Translations under genes and position numbers: made by a program | The notes under the pieces: model-generated | What the model was told of the DNA's origin: nothing | What the model saw: only the letters and a program-made list of their open reading frames with translations | Databases searched by the model: none | Assembly: GCF_018350175.1 (NCBI RefSeq) | Contig: NC_058368.1 | Coordinates: 232,006,001 to 232,070,000, forward strand | DNA: 64,000 nucleotides | Source: Felis catus | Lineage: Eukaryota | Direction: 5' to 3' | In this document: one piece after another, positions 39,830 to 53,068 of the stretch | Layout: each line of letters starts with the position of its first letter | Position numbering within the stretch: the stretch's first letter is position 1

Positions 39830-40048
39830 TTTAAAAAAAAATTTTTTTTAATGTTTATTTATTTTTGAGACAGAGAGAGAACATGAGTGGGGGAGGGGCA
39901 GAGAGAGACAGAGACACAGAACTGGAAGCAGGCTCCAGGCTCCGAGCTGTCAGCACAGAGCCCATTGTGGGGCTCGAACTCACAAACCGTGAGATCATGA
40001 CCTAAGCTGAAGTCAGACACTTAACCGACTGAGCCACCCAGGTGCCCC
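39830..40048 (-). mobile_element. SINEC_Fc-type CanSINE
   Basis: Typical body; TSD agcaccca(g/t)tattt. Confidence 0.94.
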
Positions 40049-42334
40049 AAGCACCCATTATTTTTAAGCAACTTTTTCTTTAAAGCAACCAATGAGATAC
40101 TGTTTCTCCTCGCCGTGTTCTGCCTCACCTCCTGACTACCTCTATATACCCCAGTTTTCCTGGCTCCTGAGATGCCTTTTGATTCTATATTATTTTTTGA
40201 TTCAGTCGTCCCATTGCATGAACTAAAGATTGTGTTTGTTGCAAGCAAACAGCGACCCTTTGTAGGTCTGCATCTCTTGGCCAGAACCAGGTAACCCCTC
40301 TTGGCGTGGGGGTGGGGGACGGGGGTATGATAGCTGGGTGATATTCCGTCGGCACTATGTTTTATACTTCTCAAATGCTCTGGGTTTCCTCTGCCTCCCT
40401 ACCTGTGTGAAACTTCAGTTGATGTTGCCAAGAATTTCGCACTCCAAGTGAGAGAAGAATATCTCCCAAAGGATGTGTAATTCTATTATGCAGCAATAGC
40501 TCTTTCTCTGACTTCAAGCCAAGCAAAAATATTTGCTGGTGCTGGAGCTACTCTCCAGCGAGTCCAACCACGTGACCTTCTAGAACTTCTCTCATCCCAG
40601 CAATTTGCTCTTGACCTTTTCCTGCCCTACCATGTAATTGTGACCTCCCTCTCCTACTGTGGTAGGTGAGGGTAGCAACCCTATTTTTAAGTGCAGATTC
40701 AGCACGCAACCACATCTGTCCTTACTGCTCTGTTTGTTTTTTTCATCTGTGGCACATGAATGGACCACTGTGCATGGATGGGACAGCAGCCATTTTCAGA
40801 AGGGGTAAGACAGAAGAGGTTGTATCAGCACTTTGCAATGGTTTCCTGTGTGCTATATTTGTTCATGTGTAGATCGGAAGGACTTACGCCTTTTGTAGTC
40901 TGAGACCAAACTCCTTTGGCCATGTAACCACGCAAAACGCTGCCTGAAGGACCTAAAGTGATTATAAGATCTCATGGAAAGTCCTTCTCTAATGAAGTGT
41001 ACTATGGAGTCCCTAAATCTTTCATTAGTGGGGTTTCCTAACCATGTTAAAATAAATACAAGTGCAAAATTAAAAAATGAGATGCATTCACAAATACCAT
41101 GCCTAGATGACCAGGCGTCACGGAGAAAGCTGCCGAGCCCTCCCCAGTGAGCCAGGTGAGGTGAAGAGTGCTTTCTGGACAGCTCATCATCTCTCCTGTA
41201 AGCATTTACAGATGGTTTTGCACATAAAAATTAAGATGAGAATTGGAGACTAAAGAGTTTCTGTTTCAACCTCAGCTCAAAACCACCGAGATTGCCTCTC
41301 ATTTGGTATTCTGCTAGCATGGAGCCTTAGTAACGAGATTAGGTAGTGTGTGGGCTGGACCCCAAAGCTATGGGGCGCGTAGAACAACTGTGTGTTCACT
41401 TGGGTTTTTATGTTCTTTCTTTTTGGACCTAATTAATGGTTAAATGACCTTAGTCGTTTAAATTCTATTTTAAAACGTCAGATGTTAAGTAGAAAGTAGG
41501 ACTTAAAATTATATATCTTTCCCCTGAAGATTTAAAGTGTTAATATTTATCAACACGAAAATGTTGGGATAGCATTCAGACTAATTGTGTGTGTTCATTG
41601 GGGGTAGTATTCCTAGTTACCGAGGAAGTGATATGAAAACAAAAAAGACAGTTCTTATCAAAGATTTTCAGCAAAAGAGTGGACTGAGTTGATGGGAGAA
41701 ACCCCCCGCCGTCATAGAATGGCATTAAAAATACAAAGCTGCCCCAAAAGCGAGAAAGGAAAAGGCCCAGGGGGACAGGTATCAAAAAGAGGAGCCAGGT
41801 CTGGAATCCAAGTGGAAATGCTTGAGGTTGGGAGACGTGAGTGTTGGGAACCGATGAGCCGGGAGAGCCAAAGCTCAGCTTCCTGTATAAAGCTGCAAGT
41901 CACAGTGAGCTGTCCTACCTGTGGAATGAAGTCCAAGGGAAGTACTTACCCGCTCCCTCGGAAGAGGGAAGGCTGGCCATGGGTGGAAACAGACTCTTGA
42001 AGGGGAAATTGGAACACTGAGCCTGCTCTATGGTCTCTCATAAGGGATCGAAATAGGTACTGTTCTTCCAAGAGAGGAGCCCCAAACAAAGGAATTGACG
42101 ATGGGCTCCTCAACACCAAACCTCTAACTCTGAGAGGGCCTCCGGGTTCTACTGTCTTGCAGTGCCTCATGGTTCCTAGGTCATGGGTTCTTGCAGGAAT
42201 AACTTTTGCTGAAGATGAGTTCAGAGTCAAAGATACATACCAATGAGATGATGGGTGGCCCTAGGAGTCCACAGACAAAATGAAAGCATAATTTAAGCCC
42301 CTATATCCTTATAATAGGCCAACCCCCAACAGAT

Positions 42335-42557
42335 TTTGTTTTTTTAATTTTTTTAAAGTTTATTTATTTATTTTGAGAGAGAGAGAAAGAGAGAGCGTGG
42401 GAGGGAAAGAGAGAGAGGCTGAGAGAGAATCCCAGGCAGGCTCTGCACGGTCAATACAGAGCCCCACGTGGGGCTCAAACCCATGGAGCTGTGGGATCAT
42501 GACCTGAGCCAAAACCAAGAGTCAGACGATTAACTGTCTGAGCCACCCAGATGCCCC
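42335..42557 (-). mobile_element. CanSINE
   Basis: Tail, (GA)n, gatcatgacctgagccaaaaccaagagtcaga motif. Confidence 0.9.
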
Positions 42558-43108
42558 ATCCCCCCTCACCCTCAGCAGATTTTAAAGTGTATAGGAGATA
42601 CACAAGTAGAATTGATATCACCAAAGCAAGAAGCCATAGGATAGATGAGGCGGAGAATACATGTCACGAAAAGAGTATTATGAGTTGGGAAAAAAAAATC
42701 TGAAGAAATCCGTGTGAACGTAGTGTATAGAGAAGACTAGATTAATTCCTATTTAAATTCAGAGTAAGAAATTAATTTAAGTATTTATCTAGCATTCATA
42801 ACGTGTGAGAGATAAATGGTTCAGTCTTATAGCACAGAAAAAAACGGAGGTTGATAGTTTTCCCTCCTTTCTCTGTTAGAAGAACCATATATTCTTTTAT
42901 TTTGAAGGAGCCAAGTATATGATCCTGCATGGCCTTGTGTTTCTAGAGGGTGAGCTTTCTGTTTTATTCCTTGTTGTACCCAAAGCATGGGCTTTAGAGA
43001 CGTCGGCAGAGAGAATGTCTGCCTATTTAATCCACTACTGTCAAAGAACTTACTATCCCCAATAGGAATGAAGACGACAGAAATTAAGCATTTAAAGATA
43101 AATCATAG

Positions 43109-43319
43109 GGGGCGCCTGGGTGGCTCAGTCGGTTAAGCGTCCGACTTCAGCCAGGTCACGATCTCGCGGTCCGGGAGTTCGAGCCCCGCGTCGGGCTCTG
43201 GGCTGATGGCTCGGAGCCTGGAGCCTGCTTCCGATTCTGTGTCTCCCTCTCTCTCTGCCCCTCCCCCGTTCATGCTCTGTCTCTCTCTGTCCCCAAAATA
43301 AATAAACGTTAAAAAAAAA
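43109..43319 (+). mobile_element. Young SINEC_Fc with perfect 16-bp TSD
   Basis: TSD taaagataaatcatag at 43093-43108 and 43320-43335; CpGs intact; A-box and B-box intact. Confidence 0.97.
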
Positions 43320-44835
43320 TAAAGATAAATCATAGATTGAGAGAGAAGATTTAAAAATAAAGAGTGTTCATCACTTGTGCTTTTTCTCTCCATTGCCTTT
43401 TGGCTCCTCGAGTTCTAGTTTTCCTGCACGAATACATGGATAAAAATAGGTGCCTTCAGGGCTTTTTCAGAGATCCAGGAACGTATATGTAAAATAACCG
43501 CCTTGTTGCCTAGCTTAGTACTTCGAATATTGTGTGCAGTCAATACATAGAGCATCAACAGTGTTAGCATTTCCATTGCGGTTTATTATTTGTATTACCA
43601 TGTGAGATAAAATTCCTCAAGAGCGTCTGCTAAAGCTTCCTTTTTTTTTTTTTTTTTTTTTTTTTTTGTAGCTGTGGTCTTGTTATAAAAAGCTTGGTAT
43701 GGAACATAATAAAAATTTTGTTTGGAGGAATACTATTGAGAGAGTTCTTTATTGGGTCTCTATCACTTAACCTAGCCTCTCATTGTAGTCGCCTTTATTT
43801 TATTAATAGATGTATTTTGAGAAACACCTTTACTGATTTTTAGATTATTAAAGTGTTGTCCCTTTTGAAATGTATTCAGTCTGTCAAGCTTCTTAAGATC
43901 TTGCTTGCTGGACTCTATCAGGGTTGCTAACAGAATCAAAATCCCATCCTGATGGATAATAAGTACCCTACGCATTATCTCCCAGCGTGTGTACCCATGC
44001 TTGATGCTAACTTCTGATTAATGTCCAAACTACGGGTGAGATAGGATGACCCACTACAAAGCTGATGGATGGTTCGTTTGAGGAGTCGTTCTTTGCGCTG
44101 CCTGAAGAGGTCACAGGCCATTGCTGGAAGATGGTAGCACAGTTGAAATTCTTGTTTGTCTTGAATTTAAACGCTAAAGAAAAAAAAGGCTCTAATTATC
44201 CTTCTATATAACGAGAACAACAAAAATCCTACAATCTATTAGCATGGCCTTAGGAGAATCAATCATGAGATGTTGTCAACGGAGTAATTTTTAGATCATT
44301 ACAGTCTTGGATTCCGGATCATTCTGCCTCCCCTACCCCAGTGGTTCTAATGAAACTGGGTGGCCATTTTGCTCTCAAAGGGTACCTTTTACCATGCTTT
44401 TCTTGTTTGCTTTTTTTCCCTTGTCCTCAAGAAAATGGTTGAGTTATGCTGACGCGGATCCCTCATTGCTGAGCAAGCCAAATACAAAGACTAAGTTGGA
44501 ATTGATACAATTTTGAATTTTTCAAAGGGAGGGACAGAATTGGGTGTAGAGAATAATTACTGTAGGCATAAAAGTTATGTCATGTCCTCTGTGAGAGAAA
44601 GGAATCCTTTTAGATTCCATGGATGTCAACTTATCACCAATTCAGCTTCCACCTGAATGTGTTGGGAAGTACCCTACTCTGGCCACTGTGTTTCAGAGGG
44701 AGTCTGTTGGAGGAAGGCAACACTGATAATCATGATAGGCTATGAGAAAAGCAAAATAGAGCAGTCTTCAATTCCAATAATGCCTCACAACTAGCAAGTA
44801 TTTACTGAGTACCTTACAAACAGCATGTTTTTTAG

Positions 44836-44956
44836 TTTTTATAGAAGTTCTGTAAAGTGGCTCTGTCTCTGCCTTTTTATAGAAGTTCTGTAAAGTGGCT
44901 CTGTCTCTGCCTTTTTATAGAAGTTCTGTAAAGTGGCTATGTCTGTGCCTTTTTAT
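44836..44956. repeat. 38-bp minisatellite, about 3.2 copies
   Basis: Unit tttttatagaagttctgtaaagtggctctgtctctgcc; copies 1 and 2 identical, copy 3 has two substitutions. Confidence 0.95.
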
Positions 44957-45097
44957 ATAGCCCGGGAAATGGACCCAATGAAGTGAGATATCTCACCTGC
45001 AAGCCCATAGTCAATAAGGAACAGAGTGGGGACGAGACTTCTGGCATGTCAGGCTGCAAAGGCCAGGTTCTAAAATGTTACAGCCCATAGCTGTGAC

Positions 45098-45312
45098 TTT
45101 TTTTTAATGTTTATTTTTATTTTTGAGAGACAGACCGAGTGTGAGCGGTGAAGGGGCAGAGAGAGAGAGAGAGGGAGACACAGAGTCTGTAGCAGGCTCC
45201 AGGCTCTGAGCTGTCAGCACAGAGCCCGATGTGGGGCTCGAACTCACGAACCATGAGATCATGAACTGAGCCGAAGTTGGACGCTTAACTGACTGAGCCA
45301 CCCAGGCATCCC
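45098..45312 (-). mobile_element. SINEC_Fc-type CanSINE
   Basis: gcaggctccaggctctgagctgtcagcacagagcccga body. Confidence 0.93.
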
Positions 45313-46424
45313 GTAACTTGCTGCTTCTGCTACACCTGCGTGTGTCAGTGTGTGCGTGCACGTGTGCGTGTGGGGGTGCGTGCATATGTGGTTTGGGTGC
45401 TGAGCTGCGGATCTGGGGGACTGAGTGGTAAGGGAAGCATGTTGTACCCTAGTCAACACGTCTATGCTCCCCCTTCTAGGTTAACAGAAGTTTCCCATAG
45501 CCCTGCTGTCTGCCATATTTTCAAGAGGGCTCTGAGCCACTGTTTTGCTCTTTGAATCCGAAAGTTTTAAGGCAACAAATCTCATGGTGTACCTCAGTGT
45601 CTCGAATAAGAGGCTCCTTTTCTAGATTCCAAGGTGTTTATTATCCTGTAGAGGAGCAGGGCGCCCGCAGTGTAGTTGAAAGAACTTTAGTTTAACATCC
45701 ATAGCTTCGGATTGCATTCCAGTTTCATTGCTTTCATTGTGGAGTTGGCACCTACAGACTAATGTTCATTCATTCATGTTTGTGTCCAAAATTGATTCCT
45801 TCAGTTATTCATTCAACCAGCATCTGCTCATTCCTTAAATACATTTTTATTGAGGCAGTAGCTGCTTTGTGTTAGCCTTCATACTAGGCATTGGGAATAC
45901 AGGAAGCGGGATGATGTGTAAATAGGCGAACTGAGCAAGGCATCATGGATTCTGATAGGGTAAAGCTTGTGCGTTGTATGCCCACGATGGCTTGGGCCCT
46001 TCATCTTGTCTGTGGAGGCTCATGGAAGCTTTCTGGGGAGGTACTGTAGCTGGTAACCAAAGGGCAGGCAACAGAGTGCCAGGTGAGGAAAGGGAGGAGG
46101 TAAAGGGAGCTCTGGATGGTTACTGGTTCAGAGTCCCTGATACAGTCAGAGTCCAAAGTGCATGCACAATGGATGGCAGAGAGGGTGATGGAGTCGGAGA
46201 TGAGGAGACAGTTTGGTATGGTCTTGCTGAGGTTTTATGTAAGGATACTGATCGGAGTCACGAGGAAGGGACGGCGGAGGGCTGAGGCACTGAGTGCAGT
46301 ACTATTGGCTTAGCCAGGCAAGCAGTGGTGCCAATGAGAGACAGTGGTGGTTTCCACCAAAGTCATGGCAGAGGGGAAAGAGGGAAGTGCAGTAAAGAAG
46401 TAGAAGTCACAGGATTCCATGAAC

Positions 46425-46427
<3 letters not shown>

Positions 46428-46463
<36 letters not shown>
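46428..46463. repeat. (GT)n microsatellite
   Basis: Uninterrupted GT run. Confidence 0.95.
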
Positions 46464-46464
<1 letters not shown>

Positions 46465-49224
46465 CGGGGGTTGGGGCGAGGTATGACTGCAGTATATTCC
46501 AGGATGATCTACTGTCTTCAATCCAGTTGGATTAAAACCTGATAGTTCCTCCTATAACTGAATTTCAGCACTGGCAAAGGCATTCTTATAATTCTTGTCC
46601 AAACAACATTAATTAAACAACTTCAGTAAAAGAAGTGAGATTAGAAATTTACCCCTAAATATTCATCAATAATAATTGCCTTATATATTTTAAGGCATGA
46701 GGGGTCCAAATGATCACCTTGTCTTTACAACGGACAGTTGATTACTCCTCTGTGTGTCTCCCTTCAGCACAAGCTACCGACAGTCAATAGAGATGCTTTG
46801 TCTCTTGACATCACCAACTAAACATGCGTTTCTTGGGTACCGGTTCCTCTCGCCCTCCCTGGGCGTCCCAGCCCTGTTAACAGACTTGCCCTTTGAAAAG
46901 AGTTCTCTATTCGTTCTTAGAGTTTATAAAGATACTGTCAGGCTCTCCTCTCCCTGGGCATCTAATACAGTCGTGTTTATGTTTTGGGAAGAACAAAAAT
47001 AGACATGTTTATAAGTGTTGGAGCAAAAAAAGATCCAACTCAGGCTGGAGTCATCAGCTTGGTCGTCCTGTTTGTGAAAACAATTCTCGCTAATTGTAGC
47101 CCTTCCAGAAGGACAGCATTATTATACTGACCATATGCAATTAACTTGACTTTCCTTTCTCTACGCATGAAAATAGAGCACGCTGCCATTTTCCCCTACG
47201 CGTTCCCAAGCAAGGACTGCACATCCTTTCCTGGACACCGTCCAGCATTAGTCTTTTCTTCCAGAGTTCTCAAATCTCTGTGTGGCATTAAATTTAATAG
47301 GTCTAGTATATCAAAAATAGAATTATAATTATGAAAAGTCAGTTAAAAGGAGGGTGAATGGTAAAATGAAATGAGATTTTTAATGGCTTGCCAACAGTTA
47401 TAATTAATGAGATGGAGATCTGGCCACGCGTGTGACCTTCAGGTGGGGAATCGACAGAACCCCGAATCTGTGGGCCCGGGAAGGAGGATGATTTTTCAGA
47501 AGGGCAGAATGCTACTTCCTGCCAGCCATCATCGCCTCGTGTTTCAGGGCTTTTTCTTGAAGTCGAGCTCATTGATGTGTTCAGGAGGCCGCTTGGGGGG
47601 CATATCAGGTACGTGAGAGCTTAATCAGAGGAGACGAAGCAAGCCACACGTTCGAACCCCTGGACGAAGTTTGATAGTTGCTCTATCAACAGGTGACTCC
47701 TGTGTTTGAGAGGCCCCTGGTTATCTTGCTCATAACAGGAATCTGCTTTTCATCACGGTGTTAATTCATGGGGCTGATTCACTTCGGTATCTGTTTTACC
47801 CAGTGAATTTCCTTGAACACTAGTTGCAGATGAAAAGAGGATAATACAGATGTATGCTGACTGCAGTGCCTAATACCGTCCAACTGGACAGCTTCCTCGC
47901 ACATCAAGTGGGTTTCCGAGGCTATAAAAATTGTTTTGTGTCTGATTAAACACAGGTCCCTTTGAACTCCGTGGGGGTTCTTTTCCGCTAGCACTTTCTT
48001 GTAACTGTGTGCAAAGTCCCCCACCTTCCCCCACCCCCTTTTTTTTTCTTTTTTGTCTGATTTGGAATCCAGAGAGCCAGCCCGCTCCGCCTCCTTCATC
48101 CTTTGGTACAGCATAAACTTGTAGTTACTGTAACATCTGTTACATTCCACACCCCGAGGCACAGACAGGCAAAGCTAAAGCTTCTCCACACACACGTGTG
48201 CTGGCCCCTTTTCCTGCTCCTGCGCCTACAGTGGGTTGACCAGAAGGCAGACGCAGATCAGAACTGCTGTCTAGTAACTGGTTAGCAAAGGATGTTACCC
48301 ACCCGTTTAATTCCCACCAACAGAGCCCCCGTCTTTCCCGGGAGCCCACGGAGAGGAAGGGTACCTTCAGTGAGGCTGGGATCTAACGAGGGCTATAAGG
48401 CTGTCTCTTCCAGAGAAAGAATGGAGGCAGAGGGGCGGGCTGGAATTTATATTTATGGGACTAGAAACAGTATCCAGTTGGGGGACGCTTCAAAGCACAT
48501 ACGCAGATAAATGGCTCATTGGGCTCAGGGATGGGACTAAATAGGCAAATTCGCTGTCAGACCGGTACCATCATGACTGTTAGCTCTGAAATTCTGCGGT
48601 GAACTGTAGGGGCTGTAGATGATTGGAGAGGGGCAGCATGGCCCTCGGGATGAAGAAAATGGAATTTTTCATTGCTTGTTGCGTGCATCTGTTTGTTCCT
48701 TTGTGCAACATCCTACAAGTCTTCTTTGCTGATTTTCCTTGTGGGGACTGTTGTCTTCTTGTTCTAACCTGCTTCCTTTAATATCCCAATTAGACGTGTA
48801 GTAAATGCGATCAGTGTGTTGATGTCTGTCAAATTTGTATCTTGAGTTTGACCTCAGAGCTTCTCTGCCACCACCTATTCCCATCTCCACTGGGACTTCC
48901 GTTGGGGAATCTCCACTGAGGCGTTCATCAAAGGACTGCTGGATTGTTCTCCAGACCCCAAGCCTATTCTTCCTCCCGTCTCTCCTATCTGAGAAACGGC
49001 CCCATCGATTGAGTGACTCTAGTGGAAAAAATGGGTGTCCTCCTTAACTCCTCACATCTCCATGAGCCCCAATTTGTTGCAGACACTACATTTGCCCCTC
49101 AGTGTCTTCAGGCTGTGGAGGCATATTCACTTTCTCCACAGAATAGCCAGAGGAGCTTTTAAACATGCAAAGTAGCTCATGTCCTCCCCCTTCTCCCCAC
49201 ACACCTTGGCTTCTTAGTGCCACA

Positions 49225-49435
49225 GAAGAGAGGCTGGTGACAATGGCAGCCCACAGCCAAATCTGGCCCGTGTCCGCGTAATGTGAATATCGTCTTGTTG
49301 GAACCAGCCACACCCATGAGTTTATATTTGTCTGGAGCAACAGCACCAGAGTGGAGTAGCTGTGACAGACACCATATGGCCTGCAGAGCCTAAAATACTA
49401 TGTGGCCCTTTACAGCAAGAGCTTTCCAATTTCTC
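49225..49435. mobile_element. MER58-like hAT relic
   Basis: gcccacagccaaatctggccc...gacagacaccatatggcctgcagagcctaaaatact...tggccctttacag. Confidence 0.75.
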
Positions 49436-51103
49436 CCACAGAACAGAATCGAAACTTTTTCACCTTCACCGGCCAGACTCTCTACCTGAACTTTCCCTAC
49501 CTCCCTCTCAGCTCTCCCCTCACCTTGTCTCTGCCTACACACCTGCCTTGTTTCTGCTGCTCAATGACTCTGGTTCACTCCCCCCCCGCCACCCGCCATC
49601 AGGCCTCTTCCAGACAGGGCTCTGTCCTGCAGTGTACTTCTCCCACATCTGTGTGGCTTTGTGCTGTCATTCAAGTCTCAGCTTCAGCGTCACCTCAGCG
49701 GAGCGGTCGTCTCTGGAAACGCTATAATGTCACTCCAAGCGATACTTCAAACACCCACCTATTTTATTTACCTCACGGCAATAACTTACTACTTTTATTT
49801 CTTCTTTATGGATCCGGTCCTCCTCACTAGAATATACATCTAATGAGGGCGAGAAGCTTCTCTGTTTATTTTCCTGCGTGTCTTTAGTTCTGAGAACAGG
49901 GCCAGGCACAGAGTCGATAAGCGTCTGCACAAGGAGGGCCATCATGAGCCTGGTGGCAGATGGTCCGGCAAAGAAACATAATGGCATCAAGCAAGTGATT
50001 AGCGTTGGCCGTGGAGACTGGGCTCAGGGCAGGAAGAATCTCTGAAGTTGTGTAGGATGCCTCAGGAAGCGAGTGTGTCAACTTGTCAAGAAAAATTGAA
50101 AACGGGATTAGAAACGGGGCAGTGCCGTTGAATTCACTTCCGGGAATTCACAAAGGCCGCTCTCAGCTAGTCCTCACGGCGGCTTTGCTGAAGGCTGAGG
50201 AACAGAGCAGCTGTTCGACCACCCGGTCACATCGGGACCAGGTTCGCACCTGGAAATGGCAACCACCACAGGTTTTCAAAGTGCACCCCGATGGGTGAAA
50301 CAAAAGGAGAACCAGCCTTTATTTTCCTGTCTCTCTTGACCGTCTACCCCTGTGAGCCTGTCTTCGTCGAGGTTGCTGTGGAGGGCAGAGGTCTCCTGCA
50401 AAGGTTGGGCCAAGGCAGAAGAAATCCATTGCGGCTGGAAACAGAAACTTTAGGCCCTAAATGTCGGTTTCGGTTTCATGTTTATAACCTGCTTTTTTTT
50501 TTTCCGGTCTATCATCTTGAGTGACTTGGGGCTATTGGTACCTAAAGGAGCCTGCGAGGGAGGGCTGTACGTTTTATAGAATCGGAGCTAGCACCAGCTA
50601 ATAGGTAATAGTTCCTGCTGGATTTCCAGGTTTGCTTTTTCTCTTGGAGGAAATGGATGTGTAGTAATTAAGTGGGGTTCCAAATGATTCTGTGTGGCTC
50701 TACATGGAACACTCAGCTTTGGCCTACGAGTTGGGTAATGGTTTTCTGTATGCCTTTTTCGTTTTAGTTGAAAGGTATTAAAAGCCATATAACACCAATG
50801 GAATAGAAAATCCTGGAAATGCTGACGCTTGGTGATGCCATGTGATACAGGTCAATCATACAGGGTGAGTGACCAGGGATTCTTTCTAGATTAATTTGCA
50901 GTGATGTCTGGCTGAGTGAATTGCTTTCCTGGGACTCCAGATTCCACGTTACTGAAATGAGGCATTGGAGTAGGTGTGACCTGAGGTCCTTTCTCACTTT
51001 GAGACTGTGTGTTATTATTTTTTTCTATTACTAAAGAATTATGCTTAGTGTGTTTAATTATCTGTAATACATGCTTATTGAGCCCTTACCCTATGCTCTA
51101 GAG

Positions 51104-51298
51104 CAGAGGTCAGGGCAAGATAGTGATATTTTAGACCTTGGGAGTCAGACAATCTGGATTCAACTCTGCCAATGTTGTACAAACACAGCTCTAGAATATA
51201 GGTAAACACCCGGGCAATGCCGTGCTCCATAAGAATTTATTTATGGACAAAGGCCATGGGCCTGATTTTGCCCATGGATCATCATTCGTCAATCCCTG
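51104..51298. mobile_element. MER58-like hAT relic with intact 8-bp TSD
   Basis: Ends cagaggtc...ccctg; TSD ctctagag at 51096-51103 and 51299-51306. Confidence 0.8.
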
Positions 51299-51954
51299 CT
51301 CTAGAGCCTAGACGCTGAAAATTATACTCCATAAATCTGAAAGTTCTCTTTCTTTAATACATTTACAACCATATTTGGATATAAACTCATTCACATGTAA
51401 AACAATTAGAAGAATGGTAGAATACGGTTCATGACTGCTACATAAACACAATCGGCAAGCAGTCGGTATTATCCAGGTAGTATTGGTGGACCAGAGGGAT
51501 GGAGAGGACTCGGGTAATTAAGGGAGGGTGCAGGTAGATTCTGGGACCGCGTTGTGCCTTGGAACGTGCAACGTTATAACCAGTGCGGATTCATTTGAGG
51601 CCTATTGTAACGCATAGTAGAGCACAGATACTAACGAACCTGCACCCTTCTCTTTAGTGGCTCCCAGCCTGTTTACAGTTGTTAGAGGGGCAGGATGGGT
51701 CATTTTGAAAGGAGGGACTCATGTTAGCCAAGTGGGGGTGTGAGAACGAGTTCGGTGAGGAGCTGGTTGAGGAAAAGTTGAGGCGTCTATGTTGGGGGGA
51801 AGGCAGAAGAGAAGTGACGAGCAGGTAAGTTTGAGAGGGGCCGACGGCCAGGCGATGGCCGTTTGCTGTGACCATGGCAACTTGCCGACAGAGAAAATCA
51901 TTGTGCGCAGACACAAGAGCACGGTCAAAGGTCCCTGCCACCGGACACATTGCT

Positions 51955-52133
51955 AGCAGGGACTATCTGGCATGGCCCAAGGCCCCCAGATATACAGAGG
52001 CACTCTTATCTTATCAGGCATGATGTTCCAAGGTCTTCGAGATTATCTCCAGGGGTCAGTCGAGGGTCAGGCTTTTCTTTGGAATAGGCAGGGTTTGAAC
52101 ACTCCAGACCTGCTGAGTCAACTGGTTCCTGAA
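51955..52133 (-). mobile_element. ERVL-class LTR fragment (MER77/MER68/MER21-like)
   Basis: Reverse complement gttgactcagcaggtctggagtgttcaaaccctgc resembles the recalled 5' end of these LTRs. Confidence 0.55.
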
Positions 52134-52767
52134 TAATCTCTCGCTTGTTACCTGTTCAGTTGGTTTTGAACAGTGATGCCCAGCCTTTGTAAATGTTGCA
52201 GGGCCCTTACACCCTTCACAGGTAGACTGTGATTTACACGAAATTGAATGTCATTCTAGAGGAAGCTAAAATGAATGACAGATATTCTGCCTCGTAGCAG
52301 GATGTTGTCAAAGATGTAGTAGGGCCTTCTTCACGGTGGTCTTGTGAGGCAGGTGTAAACACCCTATGTTGCCATCGTGGTGAGGGTGGGGACCTAGGGT
52401 TCTGGAGACCCTCCCGTGACTTCAGGCTTTGCCAAATGCCTCATGGGATTTGGTTTATGCATTCTTCTCAACACAAACTCTCGTTCTCATGTTCTTCTGT
52501 TTCATAGTTTGTTCAGACAGGTGAGGCAGTTGGGGGTAGCCTCACAGCCCCCACCAGTAAAAGCTTAGCATCTGGGGTTCAAATCCAAATCAGCTTAATT
52601 CCAAGGACTGTATCACTTTCATTAGCGATTAGGCTCAGTCCTGATTCAGTTACAGTGTTAATGGCAGTAGGTTCTGAGGAAACCCAGGATCAATTCGTCT
52701 TTTCAATAGTAATAGAACAACACCTCTGTATGACCAAGGAAGCCCCGTTCTTGATAAATTAGATACA

Positions 52768-53068
52768 CACTGTCCAGCAGCGAAGCCACGGGCCATGTTC
52801 GGCTGTTGAGTGCTTGAATTGTGGCTAGTCCAAGTGGAAAAGGGCATCAGTTATAATTTGCACTGGTTTTCAAAGTTTGAGAATGCACACATGAAATCAA
52901 AATACTTCAATAAATTTTATTTTGATAACATTGGAATGATATCCTGGGTTAAATAAGCTATATTGTCGAAAATTAATTTTACCCTCTTCTTAGCATTTTT
53001 AAATGTAGCGACTGGAAAATTCAACATCGTATGTGTAGGTCACATTCTTATTTTCATTGGATAGAACA
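52768..53068. mobile_element. MER33-like hAT relic
   Basis: cactgtcca...gtgcttgaattgtggctagtcc...ttaaatgtagcgactggaaaatt...ttggatag. Confidence 0.7.

Noticed and set aside
43109..43200. tRNA-like A-box/B-box sequence
   Set aside because: It is the tRNA-derived head of a CanSINE, followed by (CT)n, an A-tail and a TSD; not a tRNA gene.
44836..44956. CRISPR-like 37-38-bp repeats (also 21796-21905)
   Set aside because: Units are directly adjacent with no unique spacers, there are no cas genes, and the context is mammalian.
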